The position numbers were made by a program, and so were the translations under genes. A DNA stretch of 64,000 bases from the human T2T-CHM13v2.0 reference genome, Homo sapiens. The stretch is taken from NCBI RefSeq assembly GCF_009914755.1, contig NC_060941.1. One strand, given 5' to 3'. Numbering within the stretch: position 1 is the stretch's first letter; every line of letters begins with the position of its first letter. The notes below the pieces were generated by a model. That model searched no databases, was not told the origin of the DNA, and saw only the letters and a program-made list of their open reading frames with translations. Below are positions 13,706-24,624 of this stretch, in pieces.

Positions 13706-14148
13706 ATTTTTTTTTTTTATACTTTAAGTTCTAGGGTACATGTGCACAACGCGCAGGTTTGTTACATAGGTATACATGTGCCATGTTGGCTTGTTGCACC
13801 CATCAACCCGTTATTTACATTAGGTATTTCTCCTAATGCTATCCCTCCCCCAGCCCCCCATCTCCCTGACAGGCCCTGGTGTGTGATGTTCCCTACCCTG
13901 TGTCCAAGTGTTCTCATTGTTCAATTCCCACTTATGAGTGAGAACATGCAGTGTTTGGTTTTCTGTCCTTGTGATAGTTTCCAGCTTCATCCATGTCCCT
14001 GCAAAGGACATGAATTCATCCTTTTTTATGGCTGCATAGTATTCCATGGAGTATATGTGCCACATTTTCTTAATCCAGTCTATCATTGATGGACATTTGG
14101 GTTGGTTCCAAGTCTTTTCTATTGTGAATAGTGCTGCAATAAACATAC
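13706..14148 (-). mobile_element. L1PA 3'-end fragment (5'-truncated)
   Basis: Poly-T then ATACTTTAAGTTCTAGGGTACATGTGCACAAC; reverse [32 protein letters not shown] matches the ORF2 C-terminus. Confidence 0.95.
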
Positions 14149-15429
14149 AGACCTACACATAAATTAACCGGTGTGTGTCAGGTGTAGATACCAGCCAAGA
14201 AGAAAAGACAAAGTCAGCGGGGGCAGCTCTAGGACAGCGATGACCTGGGTCGCTTCATTCTGTGCCTGGGGAAGAACCAAAGCCACTTGGAGATTAACGC
14301 CATGACAAAAACAAGGGATGACGTGTGTGCAGTTGTGGGTTTCATGTTTACTTTCCACGACTCTAGAGGACTTGCCCACCTGTTCATACATAAACCAGTG
14401 CCCAGGGCCCCACTGCCCGGTGAGGGCTCCATCTCCCCTATCACCCCACCCCCTGCTTAGCTCCTGGCCCGCCCCAACCATCCCTTAGTTGATGAGTTGG
14501 TGAAGCTGCCCCCTTTTTCCTCCCTATACCTTCTCTTCTCTCCCCCAGGTCCTGCTGGGCCACAGTCTTCGGTCTCTCTGCCCCACCTGCCGAAGGACCC
14601 CCCTGGTCTCTTGGGTCCTCACCTGCATGCTCCCGAGCTCACCTCTAAGTTGTGTCTGCCCTTCACAAGGCTGGCCCCCTGCAGCCCACCCCCTCACCTG
14701 GGGCACCAGGGCCATCCACTTCCTCCACTCTCCTCACACTCCCGAAGTGACTCAGGGCTCCCCTGAGCAGCTGGGCTGGAGTCCTCCCACCAACTCCCTC
14801 AGTTATACCTGCTCCCGTCCCCTCAGACCCAGCCCCCCAGGTCTCCAGACCCATTCATGGACGTGGCCTCCTAGGCCTCTCAACACTCACCTCCCAGCAA
14901 CCCCTCAGCCCTGCCCTCCCCAGGCACCAACTTGGGACCCCCACAGAGGCAGAGACACCTATTCCCACTTGGGCTCATGTCACCCTGGCTCACTGGGGAT
15001 GCTGAGCCTGTGAGCCCAATCTTGCTCCATCCCTCCAGTTCCTTTCTCCAATCCAAGTTCTCTCAGACCTGTGGTGTCACTCCCAGAAGCCATCTGGACA
15101 CCCAAGGCACTGCCTGACGGAGATGGCCATGCTCTTCCCTGTAGGGATGGACAAGGGACACCTGCAGTGCACAGGTCACAGTCTCAACCTTTGGAATGGT
15201 GTGGCAGGCTGTGCCCTAGTAGGGCCCCCACCAGGGCCCCTGAATGGCTGCTCCCCATCAGTAACAAGGAAGACCCTTGATGATCATCCCCACTGCCTCT
15301 GAGATGGGCCCGGAAAGGCGTGAGCTTCTCAAGCACCTGGGTCACCATCTGGGAAATGGCAGTCATGATCAAGTCAATCCCTTGTGCCCCAGAGACACTG
15401 TAACTCCCCAGTAGAATCCCACAGGGATT

Positions 15430-15612
15430 GAGGCCACCCTAGGCAACATAGCAAGGTTCCATCTCTACAAAAAATAAAAACATAGCCAGGAGTGGTGGCA
15501 CACACCTGTAGTCCCAGCTATTCGGGAGGCTGAGGCGGGTGGATCACTTGAGGCCAGGAGTTCGAGGCTGCAGTGAGTAGTCATTTTGCTACTGCACTCC
15601 AGCCTGAGTGAC
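15430..15612 (+). mobile_element. Partial Alu (mostly right arm, AluJ-like)
   Basis: CCTGTAGTCCCAGCTATTCGGGAGGCTGAGG...CTGCACTCCAGCCTGAGTGACAGA. Confidence 0.85.
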
Positions 15613-15792
15613 AGAAGGGGAGGAGAGGGAGAGGGGAAGGGAGGGAGGAGTGAGGGGAGGGAGGGAGAGGAGGGGAGAGGAGGGGAGGGAGAGAGAGAAG
15701 GAGAGGAGGGAAGGGGAGGGCAGGGGAGGGAGAGAGAGAAGGAGAGGAGGGGAGGAAGAAGAGGAGAAAGAAGGAAGAAGGAAGAAGAAGAA
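15613..15792 (+). repeat. Purine-rich (GGGA/GAGG/GAA) simple repeat in place of the Alu tail
   Basis: Almost pure G/A run directly after the Alu 3' end. Confidence 0.9.
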
Positions 15793-17499
15793 TTCCAGAG
15801 AGTGAAGAGCCACCAAGGGTATCCCCACACTCTGTGCAAGCGTCTATCTGCCTGAAACATACATGTGTGAAACTCACTGTTGGCAGCACAATCAAGACGG
15901 AAAATTAGACCTGAGAGCAGCCTCTGTGGTCTTTGAGAGGGACCCAGGGGATGACCAGAGGCAGGGAGGCTCCATGGGAGGGAGAAACACAAGTAGATGG
16001 CCTTCTCTGTGGCTTCCAGCCTGGGGCAAAGGGTGGTCAGTCTCGAGATGCCCAGTAGGGGAAAGGCTCGTGTGGGAAAAGGGAAATCAAAAATCCTGCC
16101 ACCTGCACAGCACAGGGGAATCACCCAAGGCTCCAAAGGGTCATTACTGTGATGTCTGTAGCATAACATCCACATCGCTGTAACATCCACAGGGGCCTCC
16201 TTAACACCATCAGGCTCTGGAATCGGAGAGCAGAAGCTTCACAGCTGTAGCTGAAGTGGGTCTGAGTACAGACTAATCTCTATCGTGCAGCTTACTATTA
16301 TCCCTCCTTTAGGGACATGGTCATTTTAAAATATTTTATTTTGAAATAATTATAGAACTTATAGAAAACTGCAATAGCAGCATAATGGGTGCCTGCTCCC
16401 TTCACCCAGCTCCCCCAGGGCTTCTAGTTTTGCCATGTGTCCCCACCTCGCTGACCAGCCCCAGTAGACGGCACCAAAGGCAGGCAGGATCACACACTCC
16501 TCTTTGCTCAAAACACTCAGGGATCCTTCCTGCCCCACACACCCTCTCCATGCACCCACATTCTCTGCCCAAGGGTGGCCTGGCCCCCAGGCCCAGCTCA
16601 TCCCCAGCATGTGACTCCTTTCACTCAGGCTGTGGATCTCATGTATTGCAAATGTGGTTTAAACTTTGAGAACAGCAATTCTGGTTTGTAGAAAAAAAGT
16701 GAGGATCTAGGCGTTTGCAGTCATGCACATGTTCGTATTTTAAATACAGGCCAATGAGCTGCTGCCTAGTGTGCCTACCAGAGACACACCTGTTGTTAAA
16801 CTACAACTGGATTTACTGTTCCATTCTGCAAAAATACGCCATGGTGCTGTGGAGGGTGCAGTGAGAGGCTTGGAAGAGCCTTGCCACAGGCTGTGTGTGT
16901 GTGCCAGCTGGCCATGGGTGGACTAACTGGAGAGGGGCTGGCTCTGAGTTGAGCACTGTTAGGAAGCAGGAGGAGGTAGGTATACACTGGAATCTTCATA
17001 AACCTCATCCCCGGGGAGGCCTGACACGGGCAGGACAGGCTATCACCAAGGCCAAAGCGGCAGTCATCATGTGGGCTGGGAGAGGACACGGCTGGCACTC
17101 CTGGCCTGAGAGATGCTCCCATCTGTCTGTATTCAGACAGGATTCTGGAGTGGCTTGTCTTTGTCTTGATCAGACCATCTGGGGTCTTGCCTGCTGCTGG
17201 TGTCCTGAGGGACAGTTTGTGTTCTCCAGGAGAGCCCCACAACCTCACTGAGGGTGCCAGCCCAGCTCCTGGGACACAGCCACCCTCCTCCTTCTCAAGC
17301 TTTAATGAGAAACGGGCAGGAGGTTGCCGGAGAACCACTGCCCATCTTCCGGGGTGCTAGGGGTGTCTGCTGGCAGTTGTGGTCTAGGGCAAAAAGAGAA
17401 GGGAAGGGAAAATCTTTCAGAAAATAACGGAATCACAATGGGGCTGCAGGCGAGATGAGCAAACTGGGCTGGTGGCATCCAGGGCGTTAGCAAAGAAAA

Positions 17500-18180
17500 A
17501 AGCACCAGTGTTCAGGCAGCCAGGGAGCCCAGCCGCTCTCTTAGGGTCACCCCCTCCCAGCCCTCCGGAGGCCACCCTTGTCCCGCCCTGCCCCAAGGGC
17601 ACAGCCCGCGCCCCTCCCCCAGTCCTCTCCCTGCTGGGCTGCCCCCTCCCGCGGCCGCATCCCTAGTCAGTCCCTGAGACCGTCCAGAGTTCAGTCCCCG
17701 GGATCAGGCTTGCAGTGTTGGGCCGCCCTCCTTGCCAGATGCCGCCCTGGAGAGGGCAAGGGCGCAGAAAGGGCTGAGCGTCCCGGGTCCCTGCGTGGCC
17801 GAACGGCATGTGAGCACATTCCAGGAATAAGGAAACGAGAGGAGTAGGCATTTCTACCGTCTAAGGCACTTTGCATGAAATCCCGTGGCACTGGAAAAGT
17901 AGTTCAAACAAAGTAACGCTGGCTTTTACGATGCAGATAAACGGATAAGCGGCGTAGGACTCAAGTAGGAGGGCTCCGTGCACACCAGGCGCAGCCCAGC
18001 GGGGATTTGCCTGCGCGTCCCAGCGCACAGGGAGGTCGCTGAGTCCCAGGGAAGCCCCCTGGGCTCGCGCTGCAAACTCAGGCAGCCTCTGCTCCTGCCC
18101 TACGGCTTTGAGGGCACGTGCTCCTCCGGGGAGGCACAGCTTCCTCTAATTTCCCACTTCCTCATCCGGCCCTTAATTCA
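17500..18180. promoter_or_regulatory. CpG-island-like segment
   Basis: Many CpGs, NotI site GCGGCCGC at 17651-17658; ends abruptly at AT-rich DNA ~18190. Confidence 0.45.
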
Positions 18181-18565
18181 CTAAAGACTAACAGGGAATG
18201 ATGTTCATTACCAAAGTAGGTGCTCCCCCTAGTGTAGCACAGAACGCGGCGCTGTTCTCACTATTGAATTGGAATAATATTTTTAGTATCAAAATTAATT
18301 CTAGAAATCTATTACAGTTCATTTTCCAGAAAACAAGGGTAGCAAAAATAGTATAGGTTTGTTTCTTAATTTCTTTATGACACACATCACTGGTTCATGT
18401 GATAACGTGTGGATTCTCACCTGGAAGACACAAGAGGAATAAAATCACCATATTTTAAACTCTATCTCAAGTCTCTCAACATTTCAGGCTGTGCTCATTT
18501 ACACACTACAGAATGATGAGTATTCAGTGGAAACTTTTGCAGAACAATTAAAATTGCAAAATCGG

Positions 18566-18710
18566 AGCCGGGCGCGGTGGCTCACGCCTGTATTCCCAGC
18601 AGCACTTTGGGAGGCCGAGGTGGGAGTATCGCTTGAGCCCGGGAATTCAAGACCAGCCTGGGCAATATAGTGAGCCATCATCTCTAAAAAAAAAAAAAAG
18701 AAAAAGAAAA
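18566..18710 (+). mobile_element. Free left Alu monomer (FLAM_C-like) with TSD
   Basis: GCCGGGCGCGGTGGCTCACGCC...CAGCCTGGGCAATATAGTGAG plus poly-A; TSD AAAATTGCAAAAT at 18550-18562 and 18709-18721. Confidence 0.88.
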
Positions 18711-18985
18711 AATTGCAAAATTACCTAAAATGAAATGCATACATTGAAACGCCCACAATTATTATGAAAATTAAAGTTAATATTAACAACATATGACATG
18801 AGCCACAAGATTTACATTAAAATAGTCTAGTTGACAATAACTTGAATATTTAAATAAAGTCCTCTTTATCTCTAAATAATATATTTACAGTCTGCCATTA
18901 TATGAATCACTTAAAATTCAGATGAGGATATTAATCAATATTGACAATTTCTTCAGGAATATCAAGTGAATAATAATGATTTCAC

Positions 18986-19288
18986 TTTTTTGTTTCATTT
19001 TGTTTTTGACATAAGATCTTGTTCTGCTGCCCAGGCTGGAGTACAGCAGCAGGATCGTGACTCACTACAGCCTCTGCCTTCTGGGCTAAAGCAGTCCTCC
19101 TACTTCAGCCTCCTGTGTAACTGGGACCACAGATGCACACCACCAGGCCCAGGTAATTTTTTATTTTTTGGTAGAGACAGAGTCTTATTATGTTTCCCAA
19201 GCTAGTCTTGAACTTCTGGGCTCAAGCAAGCCTCTCACTTCAGCCACCCAAAATGCTGGGATGACAGGCATGAGTCACCATGCCCAGC
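18986..19288 (-). mobile_element. Alu (AluJ-like, diverged)
   Basis: CCCAGGCTGGAGTACAG...GCTGGGATGACAGGCATGAGTCACCATGCCCAGC. Confidence 0.9.
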
Positions 19289-19382
19289 ATAAAGATTTTA
19301 TTATGTGGAAATAAAAGGACATTAAAATATAACTTGAAATAACCCATTTCTCGCAAGTATTTATTTTTCCACCAGTTAATCA

Positions 19383-19710
<328 letters not shown>

Positions 19711-19779
19711 TAATCCCACATGGATTACAACCACGACCAATGATATGAGAAACCATCATTTTATTTCGACTATAAGAAC
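19711..19779 (-). tRNA. mt-tRNA-Glu NUMT copy
   Basis: Position between ND6 and CYTB; sequence similar to mt-tRNA-Glu. Confidence 0.85.
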
Positions 19780-19783
19780 ACCA

Positions 19784-20922
19784 ATGACCCCAACATGTAA
19801 AACTAATCCACTAGTAAAAATAATCAACCACTCACTTATCGATCTCCCCGCCCCATCCAACATCTCCATATGATGGAACTTCAGCTTGCTTCTTGGTGCC
19901 TGCTTAACCCTTCAAATTATTACAGGACTATTCCTAGCTATACGCTACTCACCAGACGCCTCAACCGCCTTCTCCTCAGTCGTCCACATCACTCGAGATG
20001 TAAACTATGGCTGAATCATCCGCTACCTCCATGCCAATGGCGCCTCAATATTTTTCATCTGCCTCTTCCTACATATTGGCCGAGGCCTGTACTATGGCTT
20101 ATTTCTCTACCTAGAAACCTGAAACATTGGCATCATTCTCCTACTCACAACCATAGCAACAGCCTTCATAGGCTAGGTACTCCCATGAGGCCAGATATCC
20201 TTGAGGGGCCACGGTAATCACAAATCTACTGTCCGCCATTCCTTATGTCGGAACAGACCTGGTGCAGTGGGTTTGAGGTGGTTATTCAGTAGACACACCC
20301 ACTCTCACACGATTCTTCACCTTCCACTTTATCCTACCTTTCATTATTACAGCCCTAGTAGTCTTACACCTACTATTTCTCCATGAGACAGCATCAAATA
20401 ACCCCTCAGGAATCTCCTCCCACTCCAACAAAATTACCTTCCACCCCTACTACATGACCAAAGATATCCTAGGCCTATTTCTCCTCCTTCTCACCCTAAT
20501 AACACTAGTACTGTTTTCACCCGACCTCCTAACTGATCCAGATAACTACACCCTAGCCAACCGCCTGAATACTCCACCCCATATTAAACCCGAATGGTAT
20601 TTTCTATCTGCCTACGCAATCTTATGATCCATCCCCAACAAACTAGGAGGCGTACTGGCCCTCCTACTATCAATCCTCATCCTAGCAGCAATTCCCACAC
20701 TTCACATGTCCAAACAACAAAGCATAATATTCTGTCCACTAAACCAATTCCTATATTGACTCCTAATTACAGATCTCCTTATCCTCACATGGGTTGGAGG
20801 ACAACCAGCAAGCTACCCCTTCATCACCTTCGGACAAACAGCATTCGTAGTTTACTTTGCTACAATTCTAGCCCTGATACCGCTTGCCTCCCTACTCGAA
20901 AACAAAATACTCAAATGGACCT
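19784..20922 (+). pseudogene. MT-CYB: Cytochrome b NUMT pseudogene
   Basis: ATGACCCCA...; PEW motif (CCCGAATGG); premature TAG at 20174-20176 and a 2-bp deletion at ~20200 (1139 vs 1141 nt). Confidence 0.97.
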
Positions 20923-20988
20923 GCCCTTGTAGTATAAACCAATATATTGGTCTTGTAAACCAGAAATGGAGACTCTCTCCCAAGGACA
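20923..20988 (+). tRNA. mt-tRNA-Thr NUMT copy
   Basis: GCCCTTGTAGTATA...CTTGTAA anticodon loop...CAAGGACA. Confidence 0.88.
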
Positions 20989-20990
20989 AC

Positions 20991-21058
20991 TCAGAGAAAA
21001 AGTACTTGACTTCACCATCAGCACCCAAAGCTAAGATTCTAATTTAAACTACTCTCTG
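20991..21058 (-). tRNA. mt-tRNA-Pro NUMT copy
   Basis: TCAGAGAAAAAG...CACCCAAAGCT...CTCTG. Confidence 0.88.
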
Positions 21059-22244
21059 TATTCTCATGAGGGAGCCATTTTGGGTACAACCCAAGTATCG
21101 ACCCACCCCACCATAATTTTATATATATCGTGAATTTCTGCTAGCCACCATGAATATTATATAGTACTATAATTGCTTAACTGTACATAGTACATATCAA
21201 ACGAAACTCAACAACAACTCCTCCCCACGACGCTTACAAGCAAGGACTAGAATACCTTAACTAACGGTAACACATTAAACCCACCCTCCAAAAGAAACTT
21301 CTCAACCACAAGCGTACCAAAAAACACTATATATCCTTGAGTACATAGTACATCTAATCGCTCATGGTAGATAGCACATTCCAGTTAAACAAGTCCTCGT
21401 CAATACGGATATCCCCCTCAGATAGTGGTCCGTTGTTCACCATCCTCTGTGAAATCAATATCCTGCAGAAGAGTGCTACTCTTCTTGATCCAGGTCCATA
21501 ATACTTGGGGGTAGCTATAATGAACTGTATCCGGCATCTTGTTCTTACCTCACAGCCATAAAGTCAAGACCAACCACACGTTCCCCTTAAATAAGACATC
21601 ACGATGGATCACGGGTCTATTACCCTATTAATCAGTCACGGGAGCTCTCCATGCATTTGGTATTTTAATCTGGGGGGTGTGCACGCGATAGCATTGTGAA
21701 ACGCTGGCCCCAGAGCACCCTATGTCGCAGTGTCTGTCTTTGATTCCTGCCCCATCCCATTATTGATCACACCTACATTCAATATCCCAGGCGAGCATAC
21801 CTATCACAAGGTGTTAATTAATTAATGCTTGTAGGACATAACAATCAGTAAACACACCCACGGCCGCTTTTCACATCAACTCTACAATAAAATTCTGCAA
21901 ATCCCCTTCCCCCATCTTTGGCCTCACCAACCCAGGAAAAGACATCTTTGCCAAACCCCAAAAACAAAAAGCCTTAATCCAACTCAACCAGAGCCCAAAT
22001 TTTTATCTTTAGGCTGTACGCATTTTTAACAGTCACCCCTCAACTAACACGTCTTTTTCCCTCTTAGCCTCACTTCACAGACTCTACAAATTTAGTTATC
22101 CCTTTTTCAGCCATCCCATTCAACGCATGCCCGACCACTACTAAACCAACACCCTAAACTAACCCAACCCCAAAGGCAAGGCTTTCCCCCCTACCCATTG
22201 CTTGTATGCCCATCCCCTAGCCTTGCTTACACTGTGCAATCACA
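21059..22244 (+). promoter_or_regulatory. Complete mitochondrial control region (D-loop) copy with TAS, central domain, CSB1-3, LSP/HSP regions
   Basis: TACATAGTACAT; CCCCTTAAATAAGACATCACGATGGATCAC; CSB1 TTAATTAATGCTTGTAGGACATAA (~21819-21842); degenerate CSB2 (~21898-21916); CSB3 TGCCAAACCCCAAAAAC (~21949-21965). Confidence 0.95.
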
Positions 22245-22315
22245 GTCTATGTAGCTTAATGACCCAAAGCAAGACACTGAAAATATCTAGATGGGCCTAC
22301 ACTGCCCCATAGACA
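22245..22315 (+). tRNA. mt-tRNA-Phe NUMT copy
   Basis: GTCTATGTAGCTTAA...CTGAAAA...CCCCATAGACA. Confidence 0.88.
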
Positions 22316-23235
22316 AATAGGTTTGGTCCTAGCCTTTCTATTAACTCTTAGTAAGATTACACAAGCAAGCATCGCCACCCTGGTGAAATAACCCTCTAAA
22401 TCACTACAATCAAAAGGAGTAAGTATCAAGCACGCATTAGTGCAGCTCAAAACACTTTGCCTAGCCACACCCCCACGGGAGACAGCAGTGATAAACCTTT
22501 AGCAATAAACGAAAGTTTAACTGAGCTATACTAACTTTAGGGTTGGTTAATTTCATGCCAGCCACCACGGTCATACGATGAACCCAAGCTAATAGAGACT
22601 GGCGTAAAGAATGTTTTACATTATCCCTCAATAAAGCTAAATTTCACCTAAGTTGTAGAAAACCCTAGTTGATATAAAACAAACTACGAAAGTGGCTTTA
22701 ATATTTCTGAATACACAATAGCGAAGATTCAAACTGGGATTAGATACCCCACTATGCTCAGCCCTAAACTTCAACAGTTAAATCAACAAAACTGCTCGCC
22801 AGAACACTAGGAGCAACAGCTTAAAACTCAAAGGACCTGGCGGTGCTTCACATCCCTCTAGAGGAGCCTGTTCTATAATCGATAAACCCCAATTCACCTC
22901 ACCACCTCTTGCTCAACCCATATACCGCCATCTTCAGCAAACCCTGACAAAGGCCACAAAGTAAGCACAAGTATCTACATAAAAATGTTAGGTCAAGGTG
23001 TAGCCTATGAGGTGGCAAGAAATGGGCTACATTTTCTACCCCAGAAAATTCTACAATAACCCTTATGAAACCTGAGGGTCCAAGGAGGATTTAGTAGTAA
23101 ATTAAGAACAGAGTGCTTAATTGAATAGGGCCATAAAGCACGCACACACCACCCATCACCCTCCTCAAGTATATTTCAAGGACTATCTAACTAAAACCCC
23201 TATGCATTTATATAGAGGAGATAAGTTGGATAAAC
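22316..23235 (+). rRNA. MT-RNR1: 12S rRNA NUMT copy (pseudogene) with 3' terminal deletion
   Basis: AAACTGGGATTAGATACCCCACTATG, GGCTACATTTTCTAC; the terminal helix is missing at ~23226. Confidence 0.95.
23007..23075 (+). CDS. MOTS-c-like small ORF, 22 aa (MRWQEMGYIFYPRKFYNNPYET); expression unknown
   Basis: Manual translation from ATG 23007 to TGA 23073-23075; first 14 residues identical to MOTS-c (MRWQEMGYIFYPRKLR). Confidence 0.35.
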   Translation: MRWQEMGYIFYPRKFYNNPYET

Positions 23236-23304
23236 CAAGGTGTAGCTTAACATAAAGCACCCTGCTTACACCTGGGAGATTTCAATTTAATTTGACCACC
23301 CTGA
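23236..23304 (+). tRNA. mt-tRNA-Val NUMT copy
   Basis: CAAGGTGTAGCTTAAC...CTTACAC anticodon loop. Confidence 0.88.
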
Positions 23305-24267
23305 GCTAATTCTAGCCCCAAACCCAACTAATTCTACTACCAAATAACCTCAACTAAAACATTTACCCAAATAAAGTATAGGCGATAGAAATGATATCTC
23401 GGCACAATAGACATAATACCGCGATGGAAAGATGAAAAAACATAACCAAGCATAAAGTAGCAAGGACAAACCCCTATACCTTCTGCATAATGAATTAACT
23501 AGAAATAACTTTACAAAGAGAACCAAAGCCAAGACCCCCGAAACCAGACGAGCTACCTAAGAACAGCTGAAAGAGCACACCCATCTATGTAGCAAAATAG
23601 TGGGAAGATTCATAGGTAGAGGTGACAAGCCTACCGAGCCTGGTGATAGCTGGTTGTCCAAGATAGAATCTTAGTTCAACTTTAAATTTATCTACAGAAC
23701 CAGCTAATGCCTTTGTAAATTTAACTGTTAGTCTAAAGAGGGACAGCTCTTTAGACACTAGGAAAAAACCTTGTAGAGAGAGTAAAAAATATAACTTCCA
23801 AAGTTGGCCTAGAAGAAGCGATCAATTAAGAAGGCGTTCAAGCTCAACACCCAACCACCCAAAAAATTCCAAACACATAACTGAACTCCTCACATCACAT
23901 TGGACCAATCTATCATTTCATAGAAGAAATAATGTTAGTATAAGTGACATGCAAACATTCTCCTCCGCATAAGCCTACATCAGACCAAAATACTTCACTG
24001 ACAATTAACAGCCCAATATCTATAAATAATCAATGAAACCATTATTACCCACACTGTTAACCCAACACAGGCATGCTTACAAGGAAAGGTTAAAAAAAGT
24101 AAAAGGAACTCAGCGAATCTTACCCCTCCTGTTTATCAAAAACATCACCTCTAGCATTACCAGTACTAGAGGCACCACCTGCCCAGTGACATATGTTTAA
24201 TGGCTGCGGTACCCTAACCGTGTAAAGGTAGCATAATCACTTGTTCCTTAAATAGGGACTTGTCTGA

Positions 24268-24342
24268 ATGGCTCCACGAGGGTTCAGCTGTCTCTTACTT
24301 TCAACCAGTGAAATTGACCTGCCCGTGAAGAGGCGGACATAA
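24268..24342 (+). CDS. MTRNR2L1: Humanin-like peptide ORF, 24 aa MAPRGFSCLLLSTSEIDLPVKRRT
   Basis: ATG GCT CCA CGA GGG...AGG CGG ACA TAA. Differs from humanin (L12S, A24T) and matches my recollection of humanin-like 1. Confidence 0.8.
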   Translation: MAPRGFSCLLLSTSEIDLPVKRRT

Positions 24343-24624
24343 TACAACAAGACGAGAAGACCCTAAGGAGCTTTAATTTATGAATGCAAACAAGACCAAA
24401 TAGGCCCGCAGGCCCTAAACTACCAGACCTGCGTTAAACATTTCGGTTGGGGCGACCTCGGAGTATAACCTAACCTCCGAGCAACATATGCTGAGACTAT
24501 ACCAGTCAAGGCGAATATCCACATACAATTGACCCAATAATTTGACCAACGGAACAAGTTACCCTAGTGATAACAGTACAATCCTATTCTAGGGTCCACA
24601 TCGACAGTAGCATTAACGACCTCG

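Noticed and set aside
15465-16190. 241-aa minus-strand ORF
   Set aside because: Built from antisense Alu plus simple repeat; non-ATG start.
23725-24490. SHLP1, SHLP2, SHLP4 and SHLP5 ORFs
   Set aside because: Start codons are lost (ATA/TTG) or premature stops are present in this copy.
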